The notes: generated by a model from the sequence alone, not told the origin. A DNA stretch of 64,000 nt from Candidatus Latescibacterota bacterium (GCA_965242865.1 CBDETK010000013.1:4576001-4640000); one strand, 5' to 3'; shown: positions 10,874 through 21,616, counted from the first letter of the stretch. Numbers and translations: made by a program.

Positions 10874-12502
10874 TCAAAAGTGGAATACGGTTTCGAGGGT
10901 CATAATTTTGTGGCGCTGTAAGCGCCGATTGGCGGTGCGATCAAAGACGAAGCGAGTATCCCAGCGCACCGAGCTCCCTTCTTTCATGTTCAGGCCGATG
11001 TCAAAGCCGTAGAAGGTGTCTTGGGTCGGCTCGAAAAAGTCGTCCCGGCCGCTGCCGTCCTCGTTGAGGCCGCGGCCAATGTTGTTCTTGTGAAAATAAG
11101 CGTACGCGCGCTTGAGGCGAGGGAAATACTTGAGCAATTTGCGCGACAGGGCCGCGCTGGCGATGAGCTGCTGCTTGGGGTCGCTGGTGCCGGTCAGGTA
11201 CTGATAGGCCACTGAGGCGTACGCGTACGAGCCGAGGTCCGCGCCGAAGTGCCCGAAGAAGCCGGAGAGCTCGTCGCTGGGGCCGAGCCGTGCGTCCTTG
11301 GACTGGGCTTGGCCGGTGGCGCGGTCGAGGTGAGCGCGGTCGCGTTCGTACAGCTCGTCGAAGTAGCGTGCGTCGAACCCGCCGCGGAAGTGGCGGAAAT
11401 CGAGTTGGCCGTTGAACGGGCCGACCGCCAGCCACAGGCCCGGGGCGGCTACTCCGAAGCCGGTCGCTTGGCGATTGCCCGGGGACACGCCCTGCTGGTG
11501 CGCCTCGGCATTAGAGAGGGCGTCGTCGTCGTCGAGCAGCAGGGCGACTTGGCCGTAGAGCTTGAGGTGGACGCCCAAGTCGCGGATGAGCGGATAACTC
11601 GCATCCAAGCCCGCGATCGCAAAGAAGTCGCGGCCCACGCGGTTTTTGTTGAAGGGCTTGTGGCGGTCCACGTCTTGGTCCACCGGGAAGGCGTCGCCGA
11701 AATTGGCGTTGATCCCCAACAAGGCCGAGGCAATGTCAGGGGGAAGGCCACTGCCAGCGTCGGCGTCGATGATGCCGTCGTTGTCGTCGTCGGTGTCGAG
11801 GTGATCGGGGACGCCGTCGCCGTCGTTGTCGAGGGCGAAGTTGCCGTCGTCCGGGAAGGCGTCGATGGGGTCGGGGACGCCGTCGGCATCGCTGTCGCGC
11901 AGGCCGCTGTATTGGTCCAGATCGGCCGCAAAGGTCGCGCCCAGCTCGAAGTTGGCGACATAGCCAAAGGCCCGCAGCCCGATGAGCGCGCCGCCCTCTT
12001 GGAAGTCTTGCAGGTTGTTGATCGCTCCTTCGAGGCCGATATTAGTGCCGGCAACATGGGCGATGCGAAACTGGAGGCCGGTTTTTTTGATCCCTGGATA
12101 GTGCAGAGTATTGCGGTAGCTGTCCATGATTAAGCCGTACCCCAGCGTCACGTCGTCGAGCGCACCGATTTTGACATGCACTGCGTCGTTGGGATGGCCG
12201 TAGCGCACGTAGTAGATTTTGCGCAGGATCGAGTCAAAGGTTTGGGTTGACGAACCGGCCTCCCAGCCGCGCGAGCCGAGGTCGCCATTCCGCTCGACAA
12301 ACAGCTCCAAGTCGAGGCCAATGCCCACGCGGCCTAGGGGAAAGTCGGGCCGGAAGCTGAGGCGATACAGCTGCTCTTGGCCTACGGAGACGCTGCCCAT
12401 GCTGAGCGAGTAGCCGAACATGGCCACCGAGGGCTGAGCCAAAGAGGCGACCGGGCAAGCCAAGACCAATAAGACCAAGGCGCGATTGCAGCGAGAGCGC
12501 AT
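10874..12502 (-). CDS. Putative outer-membrane beta-barrel protein with TSP3-like Asp-rich repeats
   Basis: Signal peptide from MRSRCN (12502), amphipathic strands, C-terminal VFHF; DSDADGVPD / DNDGDGVPD / DDDNDGIID insert. Confidence 0.65.
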   Translation of the reverse strand: MRSRCNRALVLLVLACPVASLAQPSVAMFGYSLSMGSVSVGQEQLYRLSFRPDFPLGRVGIGLDLELFVERNGDLGSRGWEAGSSTQTFDSILRKIYYVRYGHPNDAVHVKIGALDDVTLGYGLIMDSYRNTLHYPGIKKTGLQFRIAHVAGTNIGLEGAINNLQDFQEGGALIGLRAFGYVANFELGATFAADLDQYSGLRDSDADGVPDPIDAFPDDGNFALDNDGDGVPDHLDTDDDNDGIIDADAGSGLPPDIASALLGINANFGDAFPVDQDVDRHKPFNKNRVGRDFFAIAGLDASYPLIRDLGVHLKLYGQVALLLDDDDALSNAEAHQQGVSPGNRQATGFGVAAPGLWLAVGPFNGQLDFRHFRGGFDARYFDELYERDRAHLDRATGQAQSKDARLGPSDELSGFFGHFGADLGSYAYASVAYQYLTGTSDPKQQLIASAALSRKLLKYFPRLKRAYAYFHKNNIGRGLNEDGSGRDDFFEPTQDTFYGFDIGLNMKEGSSVRWDTRFVFDRTANRRLQRHKIMTLETVFHF

Positions 12503-12600
12503 ATAGGGAAGATGCGGTGGCCGGGCCGCGGGTGCAATGCCGCGGCGGTCCTTGGTGCGCCGCAACCACAACCATACCAATCACCAGAAAGGGGCTTGCG

Positions 12601-14439
12601 ATGGGACAAACGCTGAGGGATCTGCTCAACCATAGCTTCGCAACTTATGCCGAACAGACGGCCATTCGAGAGCTCAAACCCGCGGAGGGCCGCCGCGCAT
12701 TGAGCTACCAACCCGTGACGTACGCCGAACTCAAAAGCCGCCGCGACCAACTCGCAGCCGGCCTAGCGGCCCAAGGCTTGGCTAAGGGCCAGCGCGTGGG
12801 CATTCTCACCGACGGCGGCAGCGAGCCGCTGTTGATCTTTTTGGCGACCGATTGCCTCGGGGTCAGTGCGGTGCCGCTGTGCATTGAGTCGCCCGACGAG
12901 GTTCTCGCCCACAGCATCGCCCACTCAGCGGTTGAACTGTTGGTCGTCGATCGCAAGGGCTATGAGCGGTTTGGCAGCGTCCGGGGCCCGCTAGACAATC
13001 CCCCGCGGCTTGCCTTGACCGAGGGCCAAGCCGAGGACGCGATCTCTTGGGAAGAGTTGGCAAAGAGCAGCGCGGACGTGCCCGAGGTTGAGGTGCGGCC
13101 GGAGGATGAATCGAAAATTCTCTACACCTCGGGTTCATCCGGCCTGCCCAAGGGCGTGATCCAGACCCACGCCAACATCGTCGCCAACATCGAAGAGGTG
13201 TGGGACGTGATTAGCAAGCGCGAGCCGCTCCGCATGTTCAAGTCCGCGCCCGACTACCACTCCATGGGCATTCTCAACATCTACTATCCCTTGGCCAAGG
13301 GGTGGACTTTGGACTTGGCGCGCTCGCCCGCCCGCGTCCTCAGCGACATTCGCCTGTCCGAGCCGGAGGGCTTTCTCACCGTGCCCCTGATTCTCGACAA
13401 AGTGCATGGCAATGTGCGCAAGGAAATCGACGCCGGCGGCCTCAAGGGCGGCTTGATCCAGCGCTCGGTTGCCGCCAAGGAGCGGTTGGTGCGCGGCCGG
13501 GCCGGGTTGTTCGACAAGCTGTTTTGGGCGGCCCTAGGCCAGTCCATCGTCGGCAAAATTCGCGCCCAACTCGCCACGCGCGTCGGGCCTCATCTCGAGA
13601 TTTTGATCGTCGGCTCGGCCAAGGCCGATCCCAAGGCGCTAGACTTCTTTCACGAGGTGCTCGACATCACCACGTACGAGGGCTATGGCACGACCGAGTG
13701 TGCGCCGCTGATTGCGACCAACCATCTCGGCGGGCGCAAAAGCGGCACGGTGGGCAGGCCGTTGCAGACGGTGAAGATCGTGGCCGCAGACGGGTCGGAA
13801 ATCGGGTACAACGATCCAGCGCAGGCCGAGTGCCGGCCCAGCGGCGATCAGGTCGGGGAGCTGTGGACCAGCGGCCCCAACGTCATGCGCGGGTACTTGC
13901 ACGATCCCGAGCAGACCGCGCAGGCGCTGGTGGAGGAAGGAGGCCAGCTCTGGTATCGGACCGGCGACTTGTTCAGCATGGATGCCGAGGGCTTTCTCTC
14001 GTTTCACGGGCGGGTGGGTCGGCAGTTTAAGCTACGCAATGGCGAGTTTGTCAATCCCGAAGCCCTAGAGCGGATTTTCGCCCGAGTGCCCCTAGTGGAG
14101 CACGTGGTCGTGTACGGAGACCAGCAGCGCGATTACCCGCTGCCGTTAGTGACGGTGGATGTGGAGGAGGCAAAAAAGAGCGGCGTGGACGGATTGCCGC
14201 TGGAGGACGAAGCCGCTTTGCGCACGCATCCGAGCTTGGCCGAGCGGCTCCGCGAAGGGTTTCTCGCCGAGGCCACGGCGGCTGGCCTGCCGAGCTACCA
14301 GCGGCCGCAGCGCGTCGCGCTCTTGCCCGAGCCGCTGAGCGAAGCCGCCGGGACCTTGACCAAGGGGCTGAAAAAAATCGTCCCCAAGGCGATCATCGAG
14401 CGGTATCGCCCGGTCATCGAACAAAGCTATGCGTCCTAG
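12601..14439 (+). CDS. Long-chain fatty acid-CoA ligase (AMP-binding)
   Basis: YTSGSSGLPKG, EGYGTTE, YRTGD; RBS-like GAAAGGGG before ATG 12601. Confidence 0.9.
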   Translation: MGQTLRDLLNHSFATYAEQTAIRELKPAEGRRALSYQPVTYAELKSRRDQLAAGLAAQGLAKGQRVGILTDGGSEPLLIFLATDCLGVSAVPLCIESPDEVLAHSIAHSAVELLVVDRKGYERFGSVRGPLDNPPRLALTEGQAEDAISWEELAKSSADVPEVEVRPEDESKILYTSGSSGLPKGVIQTHANIVANIEEVWDVISKREPLRMFKSAPDYHSMGILNIYYPLAKGWTLDLARSPARVLSDIRLSEPEGFLTVPLILDKVHGNVRKEIDAGGLKGGLIQRSVAAKERLVRGRAGLFDKLFWAALGQSIVGKIRAQLATRVGPHLEILIVGSAKADPKALDFFHEVLDITTYEGYGTTECAPLIATNHLGGRKSGTVGRPLQTVKIVAADGSEIGYNDPAQAECRPSGDQVGELWTSGPNVMRGYLHDPEQTAQALVEEGGQLWYRTGDLFSMDAEGFLSFHGRVGRQFKLRNGEFVNPEALERIFARVPLVEHVVVYGDQQRDYPLPLVTVDVEEAKKSGVDGLPLEDEAALRTHPSLAERLREGFLAEATAAGLPSYQRPQRVALLPEPLSEAAGTLTKGLKKIVPKAIIERYRPVIEQSYAS

Positions 14440-15460
14440 CGGCGCGGCCGCTCAGTTCGGCGGGCGAGGCCGTGCCGGTCGTGCCGACCTGCTGAATGGC
14501 AATGGAGGCGGCCAAGCAGGCGACCGCGGCCGCTTCCGTCAGCCCGGCCCCGGCCGCGAGGGCCGCGCTGATGGCGGCCGCACAAGTGTCCCCAGCGCCG
14601 ACCGGGTCAATGGGCGCGGTGAGGCGCACGGCAGGCACGTGCTCGACCGCGTTGCCGTCGGCCACGAGCATCCCCCTATTGCCAAGCGTTAGAAACACCG
14701 GGCGACCGGTTCGGTTGCTGAGCAAGCGGGCGTGGTGGTGCGCCGCCGCGAGCGACAACGCCCCTTGGCCGCCGACCGCGGCCCAAGCCTCGCGCTGGTT
14801 GGGCTTGAGGATGGCGTGCGTAAACAGCCCGATGCGCGTGCGCGAATCAGCAAGGACTATGCGCTCGGGCTGGGGGCCGAGTGCCGCGGCAATAGCGCGG
14901 CGGACGTGCGGGGTGAGGACGCCGCAATTGGGTTCGGCGACTTGGTCCACGAGCACGAGGCCATCCCAGTGGCCCAGCCGCTGGCGGATGTGGGCGATGA
15001 GGGCGCGCTGGAGGCGAGCAGGGGTTGGATGGCGATTTTTGATGTCGAGCCGCTCTAGTTCCTCCAGGGCGGGCCGGCCGCGCTGGCGGGTGGTGACCGG
15101 CTTGCCATAGGTCGGGGTCAAGCGGTCCGCGGCCGTGAGAAAGCCCGTCAAGTCGAGCTGCGCTCGGCGCATGGCCCGCCGCAACTCGTAGCCTTCGCCG
15201 TCGTCGCCGCAATAGCCCACGGCCTCAACCACACCGACGCCGAGGGCGCGCAGGTTGGCGGCCACATTGCCCGCACCCCCGGGCTGGCGGCGGCAGCCGA
15301 CCACCTGATGGCAGGTCTTGCCGGTCTCCAGCGACTTTTCGGCGAGGGTCGGGTCGCATTCGAGGTACGAGTCGAGAAAGAAATCGCCCACTACGCCAAT
15401 GCGGAGCGCGGGAAACGCTTCCAAGAGGGTCTGTAGGCGAGTTGGGGACAAGTTGAACAT
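14414..15460 (-). CDS. PfkB-family carbohydrate kinase, HldE/RfaE kinase-domain-like
   Basis: VVGDFFLDSY, PGGAGNVAANLRALG, KPNQREA, DPVGAGDT. Confidence 0.85.
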   Translation of the reverse strand: MFNLSPTRLQTLLEAFPALRIGVVGDFFLDSYLECDPTLAEKSLETGKTCHQVVGCRRQPGGAGNVAANLRALGVGVVEAVGYCGDDGEGYELRRAMRRAQLDLTGFLTAADRLTPTYGKPVTTRQRGRPALEELERLDIKNRHPTPARLQRALIAHIRQRLGHWDGLVLVDQVAEPNCGVLTPHVRRAIAAALGPQPERIVLADSRTRIGLFTHAILKPNQREAWAAVGGQGALSLAAAHHHARLLSNRTGRPVFLTLGNRGMLVADGNAVEHVPAVRLTAPIDPVGAGDTCAAAISAALAAGAGLTEAAAVACLAASIAIQQVGTTGTASPAELSGRAARTHSFVR

Positions 15461-15566
15461 GAGGAGGGCGGGCTTGATTTAGCCCCTTTCGCGCCCTATT
15501 TTCACCAGGTGCTAATTTTGTTATGTCCTTGATTATCTTAAACTTATAAAAAGATAAAAGGAAACC

Positions 15567-16442
15567 GTGCCGATTCGCAAAGCCGTATTTCCCGTAGCGG
15601 GTTTGGGCACCCGCTTGCTGCCGGCGACCAAGTCCCAACCCAAGGAGATGCTGCCGGTGGGGTGCAAGCCCGTCGTGCAGTACGTGGTCGAGGAGATGAT
15701 CGAGCAGGGGTTGGACAAGTTCCTCTTTGTAACGGGCCGCAAAAAGCGCTCGATTGAGGATCACTTCGACGATGATCCCGAGCTGGTCGCGCACTTGGGC
15801 GATGGCGCGATCGGCGAGGTTGACTACGCCGCGGCCGGCGTTGAATTCTATTATGTACGGCAACGCCGGGCGGCCGGCAATGCCGATGCCGTGCGCCAAG
15901 CGCGGGAATTTGTCGGCGACGAGCCATTTGCGGTGGGGTTCGGCGACACCATTATCGCCTCGCCGCGGGTGCCAGGCGTGGTTGGCCGGATGATGCAGTC
16001 GCACGTCCAACGGGGCGCGGCCGCCACCATTGCCGTCTGGGAAGTGCCACGCGCGGAGACCTACAAGTACGGAATCGTCACCCCGCAAGGCGTGGCCGTG
16101 GCCGACTTTGCCATCGCCGATATTGTTGAAAAACCGCCGGTGGAAGCCGCGCCGAGTTGTCTGGCGGTTGCGGCCCGCTATATTTTTTCGCCGGAAATTT
16201 TCGCCGCCATTGACGAGATTGAGCCTGGGGTCGGCGGCGAGTTGTGGCTAACCGATGCCATCCGCGTCCTGATCCAGCGCGGGGCTGAGGTCCGCTGTAT
16301 GCGCTTGGCGAGCGACGAGGTGCGCTACGACATAGGAACGCCCCTGACGTACTATCGGGCCTTTGCGGATTTCGCCTTGGCCGACCGCGAGTTCGGGGCG
16401 GCGTTCCGCGCGTATCTAGCGGACAAATTGCAGACGCCATGA
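15567..16442 (+). CDS. galU: UTP-glucose-1-phosphate uridylyltransferase
   Basis: KAVFPVAGLGTRLLPATKSQPKEMLP, IEDHFD, VEKP, LTDAI, YDIG. Confidence 0.9.
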   Translation: MPIRKAVFPVAGLGTRLLPATKSQPKEMLPVGCKPVVQYVVEEMIEQGLDKFLFVTGRKKRSIEDHFDDDPELVAHLGDGAIGEVDYAAAGVEFYYVRQRRAAGNADAVRQAREFVGDEPFAVGFGDTIIASPRVPGVVGRMMQSHVQRGAAATIAVWEVPRAETYKYGIVTPQGVAVADFAIADIVEKPPVEAAPSCLAVAARYIFSPEIFAAIDEIEPGVGGELWLTDAIRVLIQRGAEVRCMRLASDEVRYDIGTPLTYYRAFADFALADREFGAAFRAYLADKLQTP

Positions 16443-16485
16443 ATGGCCGCGACGGCCTCAAATTGCACACCAAAGGAGGGTCCTG

Positions 16486-17553
16486 ATGTCCGATAGCCAC
16501 AGGTGGTTTTTGTGGGGGGGATTGCTTTTGTTGGCCGCGCTGTACTGGGGGGCAGCCGGAGAGGCGGCTGTGGTGCCGATTATGGGGTTGGGCGATCAAA
16601 AGGAAGAGGAGGCGGCCCCCAAGGAGCCGGTGGTTAGCGACAGCGCCATCTCGGAGGAACTCAAGCAGCGGCTGCTGTTCATGCCCTTTCGCGACAAGTC
16701 TAAATACAAGGGCGAGTGGGACATATACTCGGCCCTACCGCGCGGCTTGGCCGATTCCCTGAGCGGTAGTGCCTTTTTCCGCACGGTGTCCATTGATTCG
16801 GCGCTCGTGCGGCTCAAAAAGAAGGAATTGCAGGGCAAGGTCCGCGTAGAGCGCGCCTTGGCCATTGGGCGCGCGGTGGATGCCGACTACGTCGTCTTGG
16901 GGCAGATCGACGAGATGAGTATGAAGCGCTTCCGCGCCACCGTGCCCATCGGCGGCTATCGCAGCTACCAGGGCCTGACCTCGGTGCGGCTGTTTCCCTA
17001 CAAGGTCATAGATGGGGAAACAGCCGGCGAGGTGACGCGGGAAGTCGCCGAGGACAGCAAGCGCTATGGGATCACCAACCCGGCCGCGTACGTGCCGCTG
17101 GAAAAGGAGTACTTCCTCTTGGGGCAGATGGAGTGGGGCAGCGAGGAATTCCACAAGACCTTGCTGGGCAAGTCGGTGAGTCGGTGTCTGGACCGCTTGG
17201 CGGCTGGGCTGGACAGCCTCATCCAACCCCCGGCCGCCCTGAAGGTCTCCGAGCCGAAAATCATCGAGGTGGTGGCGGATACCGTGCAGCACGAAGAATC
17301 GGTGCGCGTGCGGTTGAGTGCTTATATTAACGTGGGATTAGCCGATTCCGTGCAGAAAGGCAACAAGTACGGCGTGTGGGACAAGGGGCGAGAACTAAAA
17401 GACCCGGATACTGGCGAGGTGCTGGGAACGGCCCTGCCCCGGCGGGTCGGCGTCGTGCAAGTCGAACAGGTGCTCAGTCAACACCTGTCGCTGGTGAGAA
17501 TTCTGCAAGGGGAAGACGCCGTACAAAAGGACTACGGAATTCGCGCCGAATAG
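16486..17553 (+). CDS. Exported protein, CsgG/TolB_N-like plus FlgT C-terminal-like domain
   Basis: Signal peptide; ALAIGRAVDADYVVLGQI; YINVG...LKDPDTGEVLG...VGVVQVEQV. Confidence 0.6.
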   Translation: MSDSHRWFLWGGLLLLAALYWGAAGEAAVVPIMGLGDQKEEEAAPKEPVVSDSAISEELKQRLLFMPFRDKSKYKGEWDIYSALPRGLADSLSGSAFFRTVSIDSALVRLKKKELQGKVRVERALAIGRAVDADYVVLGQIDEMSMKRFRATVPIGGYRSYQGLTSVRLFPYKVIDGETAGEVTREVAEDSKRYGITNPAAYVPLEKEYFLLGQMEWGSEEFHKTLLGKSVSRCLDRLAAGLDSLIQPPAALKVSEPKIIEVVADTVQHEESVRVRLSAYINVGLADSVQKGNKYGVWDKGRELKDPDTGEVLGTALPRRVGVVQVEQVLSQHLSLVRILQGEDAVQKDYGIRAE

Positions 17554-17575
17554 CCGAATAGGACAAGGGTCAATT

Positions 17576-18013
17576 ATGAACGCACTGCGAACGACATGGA
17601 CGACGGGTTGTATTCTGCTGCTGGTCTTCGCGAGCGAAGCCAACAGCGGCCCGATCGCGGCCCTGCCAGAGGACAGCCGCGTGTTCTACGTATTCTCGCA
17701 CGACGAGGTCCCGCAGCGCCAGCGGGTCTTGCAGGTGTGGCAGCAGGTTGAGCAGCGGCTCGTCGCCATCGCCCGCGACGAGCACGCGCCGGCGGTTGAG
17801 GGGCTGACCGTGTGGTCGGTCGCAAAGGCCGCAGAGTCCGCGGCGGTCCCCGCGTACATCAAGGCGCGGCTGGACGCCGACGGGGATTATTTCGCAGCCA
17901 TGGATGCCGCAGGCACTTTGTACTGGGCCGGCCCGGGGCGAGACCTGCTGCAACCCGTGGCGACCGAAGTAGATGAAAGCACGTGGGGCAAGGTAAAGGA
18001 CTTGTTCAAATAG
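17576..18013 (+). CDS. Small exported protein with C-terminal WGxxK tail
   Basis: Signal peptide; ends TEVDESTWGKVKDLFK. Confidence 0.75.
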   Translation: MNALRTTWTTGCILLLVFASEANSGPIAALPEDSRVFYVFSHDEVPQRQRVLQVWQQVEQRLVAIARDEHAPAVEGLTVWSVAKAAESAAVPAYIKARLDADGDYFAAMDAAGTLYWAGPGRDLLQPVATEVDESTWGKVKDLFK

Positions 18014-18022
18014 GGTAGGGCC

Positions 18023-18706
18023 ATGGCCGCAGCACCTGAGCACAGAGACTTTTCCATCAAGCGCATCGACGCCGTCGCCTGCGGTGCTCGCTTGCTCGCG
18101 GCCGGTGCCATGCGGTATCACCGCTTGGTGGTGGAGGGGGGTTGCAATCTGCCGCGCGAAGGCCCAGCCCTGATTTTGCCCAAGCATTGCGCGTACCGCG
18201 ACATTCTGCTCGAAGGGGTCTTGCTATACAGGATCACCCGGCGCTATGCCAATTACATTATGAAGGTGGGCCTGTGGGGGATACTAGAGTGGATGGGGGG
18301 GGTCAAAGTGGAGCGGCCCAAAGATCTGAGGCGGATCGCCGACCGCGAGCAACGCCGGGCCGAGATTCGGCGAGCCCGCACGGCCAACCAGCAGATGCAA
18401 GATTATTTAGACGGGCTGTACCAGCGCGGGGAACTGATCGTCTCGCACCCAGAAGGCATGCGCTACCAAGACGAGTTGGGGCCGCTGCAAAAGGGCGTGG
18501 TTGAGCATCTGGTCCAGGCCGAAGAGCGGTTGGGGTTGCGCGTACCCCTGATTTCCGTTGGCTTGGAATACGATAGCTACGCTCGGGTTGGGTCGCGGGT
18601 GTACTTTCGGGTGGACGAGCCGCTCTACGCGGCTTCCTTCGCCAATATCAACGAACTGATGGATTACCTCAGCCAGCGCTTGCGGGTACTCAGCGGTCTA
18701 GCCTGA
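18023..18706 (+). CDS. PlsC-like lysophospholipid acyltransferase
   Basis: HxxxxD (KHCAYRD) and PEG motifs. Confidence 0.75.
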   Translation: MAAAPEHRDFSIKRIDAVACGARLLAAGAMRYHRLVVEGGCNLPREGPALILPKHCAYRDILLEGVLLYRITRRYANYIMKVGLWGILEWMGGVKVERPKDLRRIADREQRRAEIRRARTANQQMQDYLDGLYQRGELIVSHPEGMRYQDELGPLQKGVVEHLVQAEERLGLRVPLISVGLEYDSYARVGSRVYFRVDEPLYAASFANINELMDYLSQRLRVLSGLA

Positions 18707-18742
18707 GGGGCCGAATGGGCAATAACTCAGCGGGGAGCATGC

Positions 18743-19918
18743 ATGTTTAAGCTAGCTGCATTGGTGTTAGCGGTCGCGGTCACAGGCTGTGGCTCGAACC
18801 AACTTAAAATTGAGATCAAGGGCGGGGACGGCCAGTTCGTCCGCTTAGACGCCAATGACGTTCAATACAAATTCAACCACTTGGTCAAAGCCGGAACGTA
18901 CGTCTTGCCCGAGCCGGACAGCAAAATCGAATTGGGCCGCGGCGCGTACTCGGTTAAGGTCGCGGCTGGGGATTACCTAGGGCACGAGGTCTTGCAAGTG
19001 GAATCGCCGCCGCTCTGGGGGGTGCGGACCTACGAGGCGATCTTTGATATTCCCGCTGGCAGCAATGCTGCTTTTAGCCGCGAGGGCACGATTCTCTACG
19101 CCTCGACCAAGAAAAACGTCCGCAACTGGGACTTATTTACCATAAAGGCCGATGGCAGCGGCCGCCAGCAGCTAACCAACACCCCCGAACCCGAGCAGCA
19201 TCCCTCTTGGTCGCCCGACGGCAAGCAGATCCTCTTCACCCGCGGCGACGTGATGACCAACATCGACGTGTACGTCATGGATGCCGACCGCTCGAATGTC
19301 ACGCGCCTAACCGAACATCCCGAGCGCGACCAGCGCGGCGTTTTTTCGCCCGACGGCGCGACCATCGCCTTCGTCAGCCAGCGCGATGGCGATGTGGCCA
19401 TCTGGCTCATGGCCGCCGACGGGTCCAACCCGCGCAAGCTGGTTCAGGGCCGCGAGCCTTCGTTTTCGCCCGATGGCCGCCGCATCGCCTTTACTTCTTC
19501 GGCTTTTGACGACAACGACGAGATTTACCTCATCGACCTCGACGGGTCGAATCGGACGCGCCTCACCGACAACCGCCGCAAGCTCGACTGGTTCGCGTCG
19601 TTTTCGCCCAAAGGCGACCGCTTGGTTTACAACTCAGAGGCGTTTGGCGGCCAAGAGCTGATGCTCATGCGGGCCGACGGGCAGGGGCAAACCCGCATCT
19701 CCATTGCCGAAAAGACCTACGAGCAAGAACCCGTCTGGTCGCCCGATGGCAAAGGGATCGCTTATGCGGGCAAGATGGGCGACGACGAATACGACATTTA
19801 CTTAGTCGGAACGGCTGGCTTTGACCTAGACGAGCTAGACGCGCCGCCGCTGCTGCCAGTCAACCTCACCGACAACGACGACCGCGACGATATGTCGCCG
19901 AGCTGGCGTCCCTACTGA
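18743..19918 (+). CDS. TolB-like PD40 beta-propeller lipoprotein
   Basis: Lipobox VTGC; repeated PSWSPDG/FSPDG blades. Confidence 0.85.
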   Translation: MFKLAALVLAVAVTGCGSNQLKIEIKGGDGQFVRLDANDVQYKFNHLVKAGTYVLPEPDSKIELGRGAYSVKVAAGDYLGHEVLQVESPPLWGVRTYEAIFDIPAGSNAAFSREGTILYASTKKNVRNWDLFTIKADGSGRQQLTNTPEPEQHPSWSPDGKQILFTRGDVMTNIDVYVMDADRSNVTRLTEHPERDQRGVFSPDGATIAFVSQRDGDVAIWLMAADGSNPRKLVQGREPSFSPDGRRIAFTSSAFDDNDEIYLIDLDGSNRTRLTDNRRKLDWFASFSPKGDRLVYNSEAFGGQELMLMRADGQGQTRISIAEKTYEQEPVWSPDGKGIAYAGKMGDDEYDIYLVGTAGFDLDELDAPPLLPVNLTDNDDRDDMSPSWRPY

Positions 19919-19924
19919 TCCGAC

Positions 19925-21535
19925 ATGCAAATAAAGGGGGCTACGGGTGCTTCGTACCTCTATATCGTCCTTGCCCTAGGGCTAGCCCTGCGGCTGGTAC
20001 ACCTGCAAGCCCCCCTGACCGACAAGCAGGCTTGGCGGCAGACGGACACGGCCGCCATCGCTCGCAACTTCTACGAAGAGGGCTATTCGCTGTTCTATCC
20101 GCGCGTCGATTGGCGCGGCACGACCCCCGGATACGTGGAGGCGAATTTCCCGCTGTACCCCTTCCTCGTTGCCCTGCTCTACGCGGCCGCCGACGGCGCC
20201 TATGAATGGATCGGGCGGCTCGTGGCGGCGCTGTGCTCGACGGCGGCCGCGGCCGTTCTCTATGGGCTAGGGCTGCGATTGGGCATGAAGCGGCCGGGGG
20301 CACTGCTGGCCGCCCTGCTCTATCTGCTCTTTCCCATGAGCATCTACTACGGGCGCACCTTTATGCCCGAGGCGCTGATGATCCTGTTGAGCGTGGGGGT
20401 GCTGTGGGCTTTCGCACGGTGGATTGACAGCGGTCGCCGCTGGGACTTCGCGCTCGCGGCCCTGTTGGCCGCCCTGTCTTTCCTCGTCAAAATACCGACG
20501 CTCTATCTCGGTTTCCCGCTGGTCGCCTTAGCTTGGGTGCGCTGGGGCTGGGGCTTTGTCCGCAAGCCCGCGCTTTGGCTCTACCTCGGGCTGACCTTGA
20601 TGCCGGCCTCCCTCTGGTATTGGCATGTCAACCTGCTCTTTGAGGAAACCGGCCTGACGTTTGGTATTTGGAATCGCTACGGCTACGACAAGTGGGACCA
20701 CAGCCTGCTCTTTGCGACCGACTTCTACTGGACGCTATTGGACCGCTTCTGGCACCGCGTCTATACGCCGGTGGGGGTGGTGTTGGTGTTGGCGGGACTC
20801 GCCCTGGTGCCGACCCACCGGCGCGAGTGGACGCTCTGGGTGTGGCTGGGAGGGTTGGTGCTGTACGTCTTTGTCGTTCCCGAAGGCAATCGCGGGCTGC
20901 ATTACTACCAGTTGCCCTTTGCCCCGGTTGGGGCGCTGCTGGCGGGGCGGACGCTCGCAGCCATGCTCCGCGCCGATGCGGCCTTGGCGGGATGGGGTGC
21001 GTTCCTGCGGAACTGGAAGCCCCCTTGGCGCATCGTTTTAGTCAGTACTTTGGTCGTCGCGGTCGCGGCTTACAGTGCTTGGGCCGTTAGGCCGTATTAC
21101 GCGCAGCCCAACAATTGGCACCGCTACTACCAGAGCTGCTACTTGGTGGGACGAATTCTCGACGCCAAGCTGCCGCCGGACGCGCTGCTGGTCATCGGCG
21201 ACGAAGACGAAAACACCGGCGTGCCGCACCGGTCGCAAAGCCCGACCTTGCTCTACTACTGCCATCGCAAGGGATGGCAAATAACCCCGCCCGAGTTTGC
21301 GCCCGAGCGGCTCGACCGCCTCGCGGCCGAGGGCGCAGATTACTTTCTAGCGGCGGCTGGCTTCGTCGTGGATAACGAGCCTTTTTGGCAAGATCTCTTG
21401 CGCCGAGGCGTGACGATCCCTTCAGCGCACCCGCGCCAGTGGCACGACGAAGCAGAATTTATGCGCTTCGTTAGTCGGCAGGCGGGGGCGGACCGGCACT
21501 TCATTTTGGTGTCTCTTGCGGCCGGAGATGAGTAG
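19925..21535 (+). CDS. Glycosyltransferase family 39 / ArnT-like membrane protein
   Basis: WRQTDTAAIARNF, FPLYP, many TM helices. Confidence 0.8.
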   Translation: MQIKGATGASYLYIVLALGLALRLVHLQAPLTDKQAWRQTDTAAIARNFYEEGYSLFYPRVDWRGTTPGYVEANFPLYPFLVALLYAAADGAYEWIGRLVAALCSTAAAAVLYGLGLRLGMKRPGALLAALLYLLFPMSIYYGRTFMPEALMILLSVGVLWAFARWIDSGRRWDFALAALLAALSFLVKIPTLYLGFPLVALAWVRWGWGFVRKPALWLYLGLTLMPASLWYWHVNLLFEETGLTFGIWNRYGYDKWDHSLLFATDFYWTLLDRFWHRVYTPVGVVLVLAGLALVPTHRREWTLWVWLGGLVLYVFVVPEGNRGLHYYQLPFAPVGALLAGRTLAAMLRADAALAGWGAFLRNWKPPWRIVLVSTLVVAVAAYSAWAVRPYYAQPNNWHRYYQSCYLVGRILDAKLPPDALLVIGDEDENTGVPHRSQSPTLLYYCHRKGWQITPPEFAPERLDRLAAEGADYFLAAAGFVVDNEPFWQDLLRRGVTIPSAHPRQWHDEAEFMRFVSRQAGADRHFILVSLAAGDE

Positions 21536-21564
21536 TTGACAGCCGCTGAGGGCCTACATATTAT
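21536..21564 (+). promoter_or_regulatory. Near-consensus sigma70 promoter
   Basis: TTGACA (21536-41)-17 nt-TATTAT (21559-64). Confidence 0.75.
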
Positions 21565-21616
21565 GTCCAACATGTAGTTAAGTCCGTTTTCTGTAGCTCG
21601 TCACAAGGAGGGAAAG

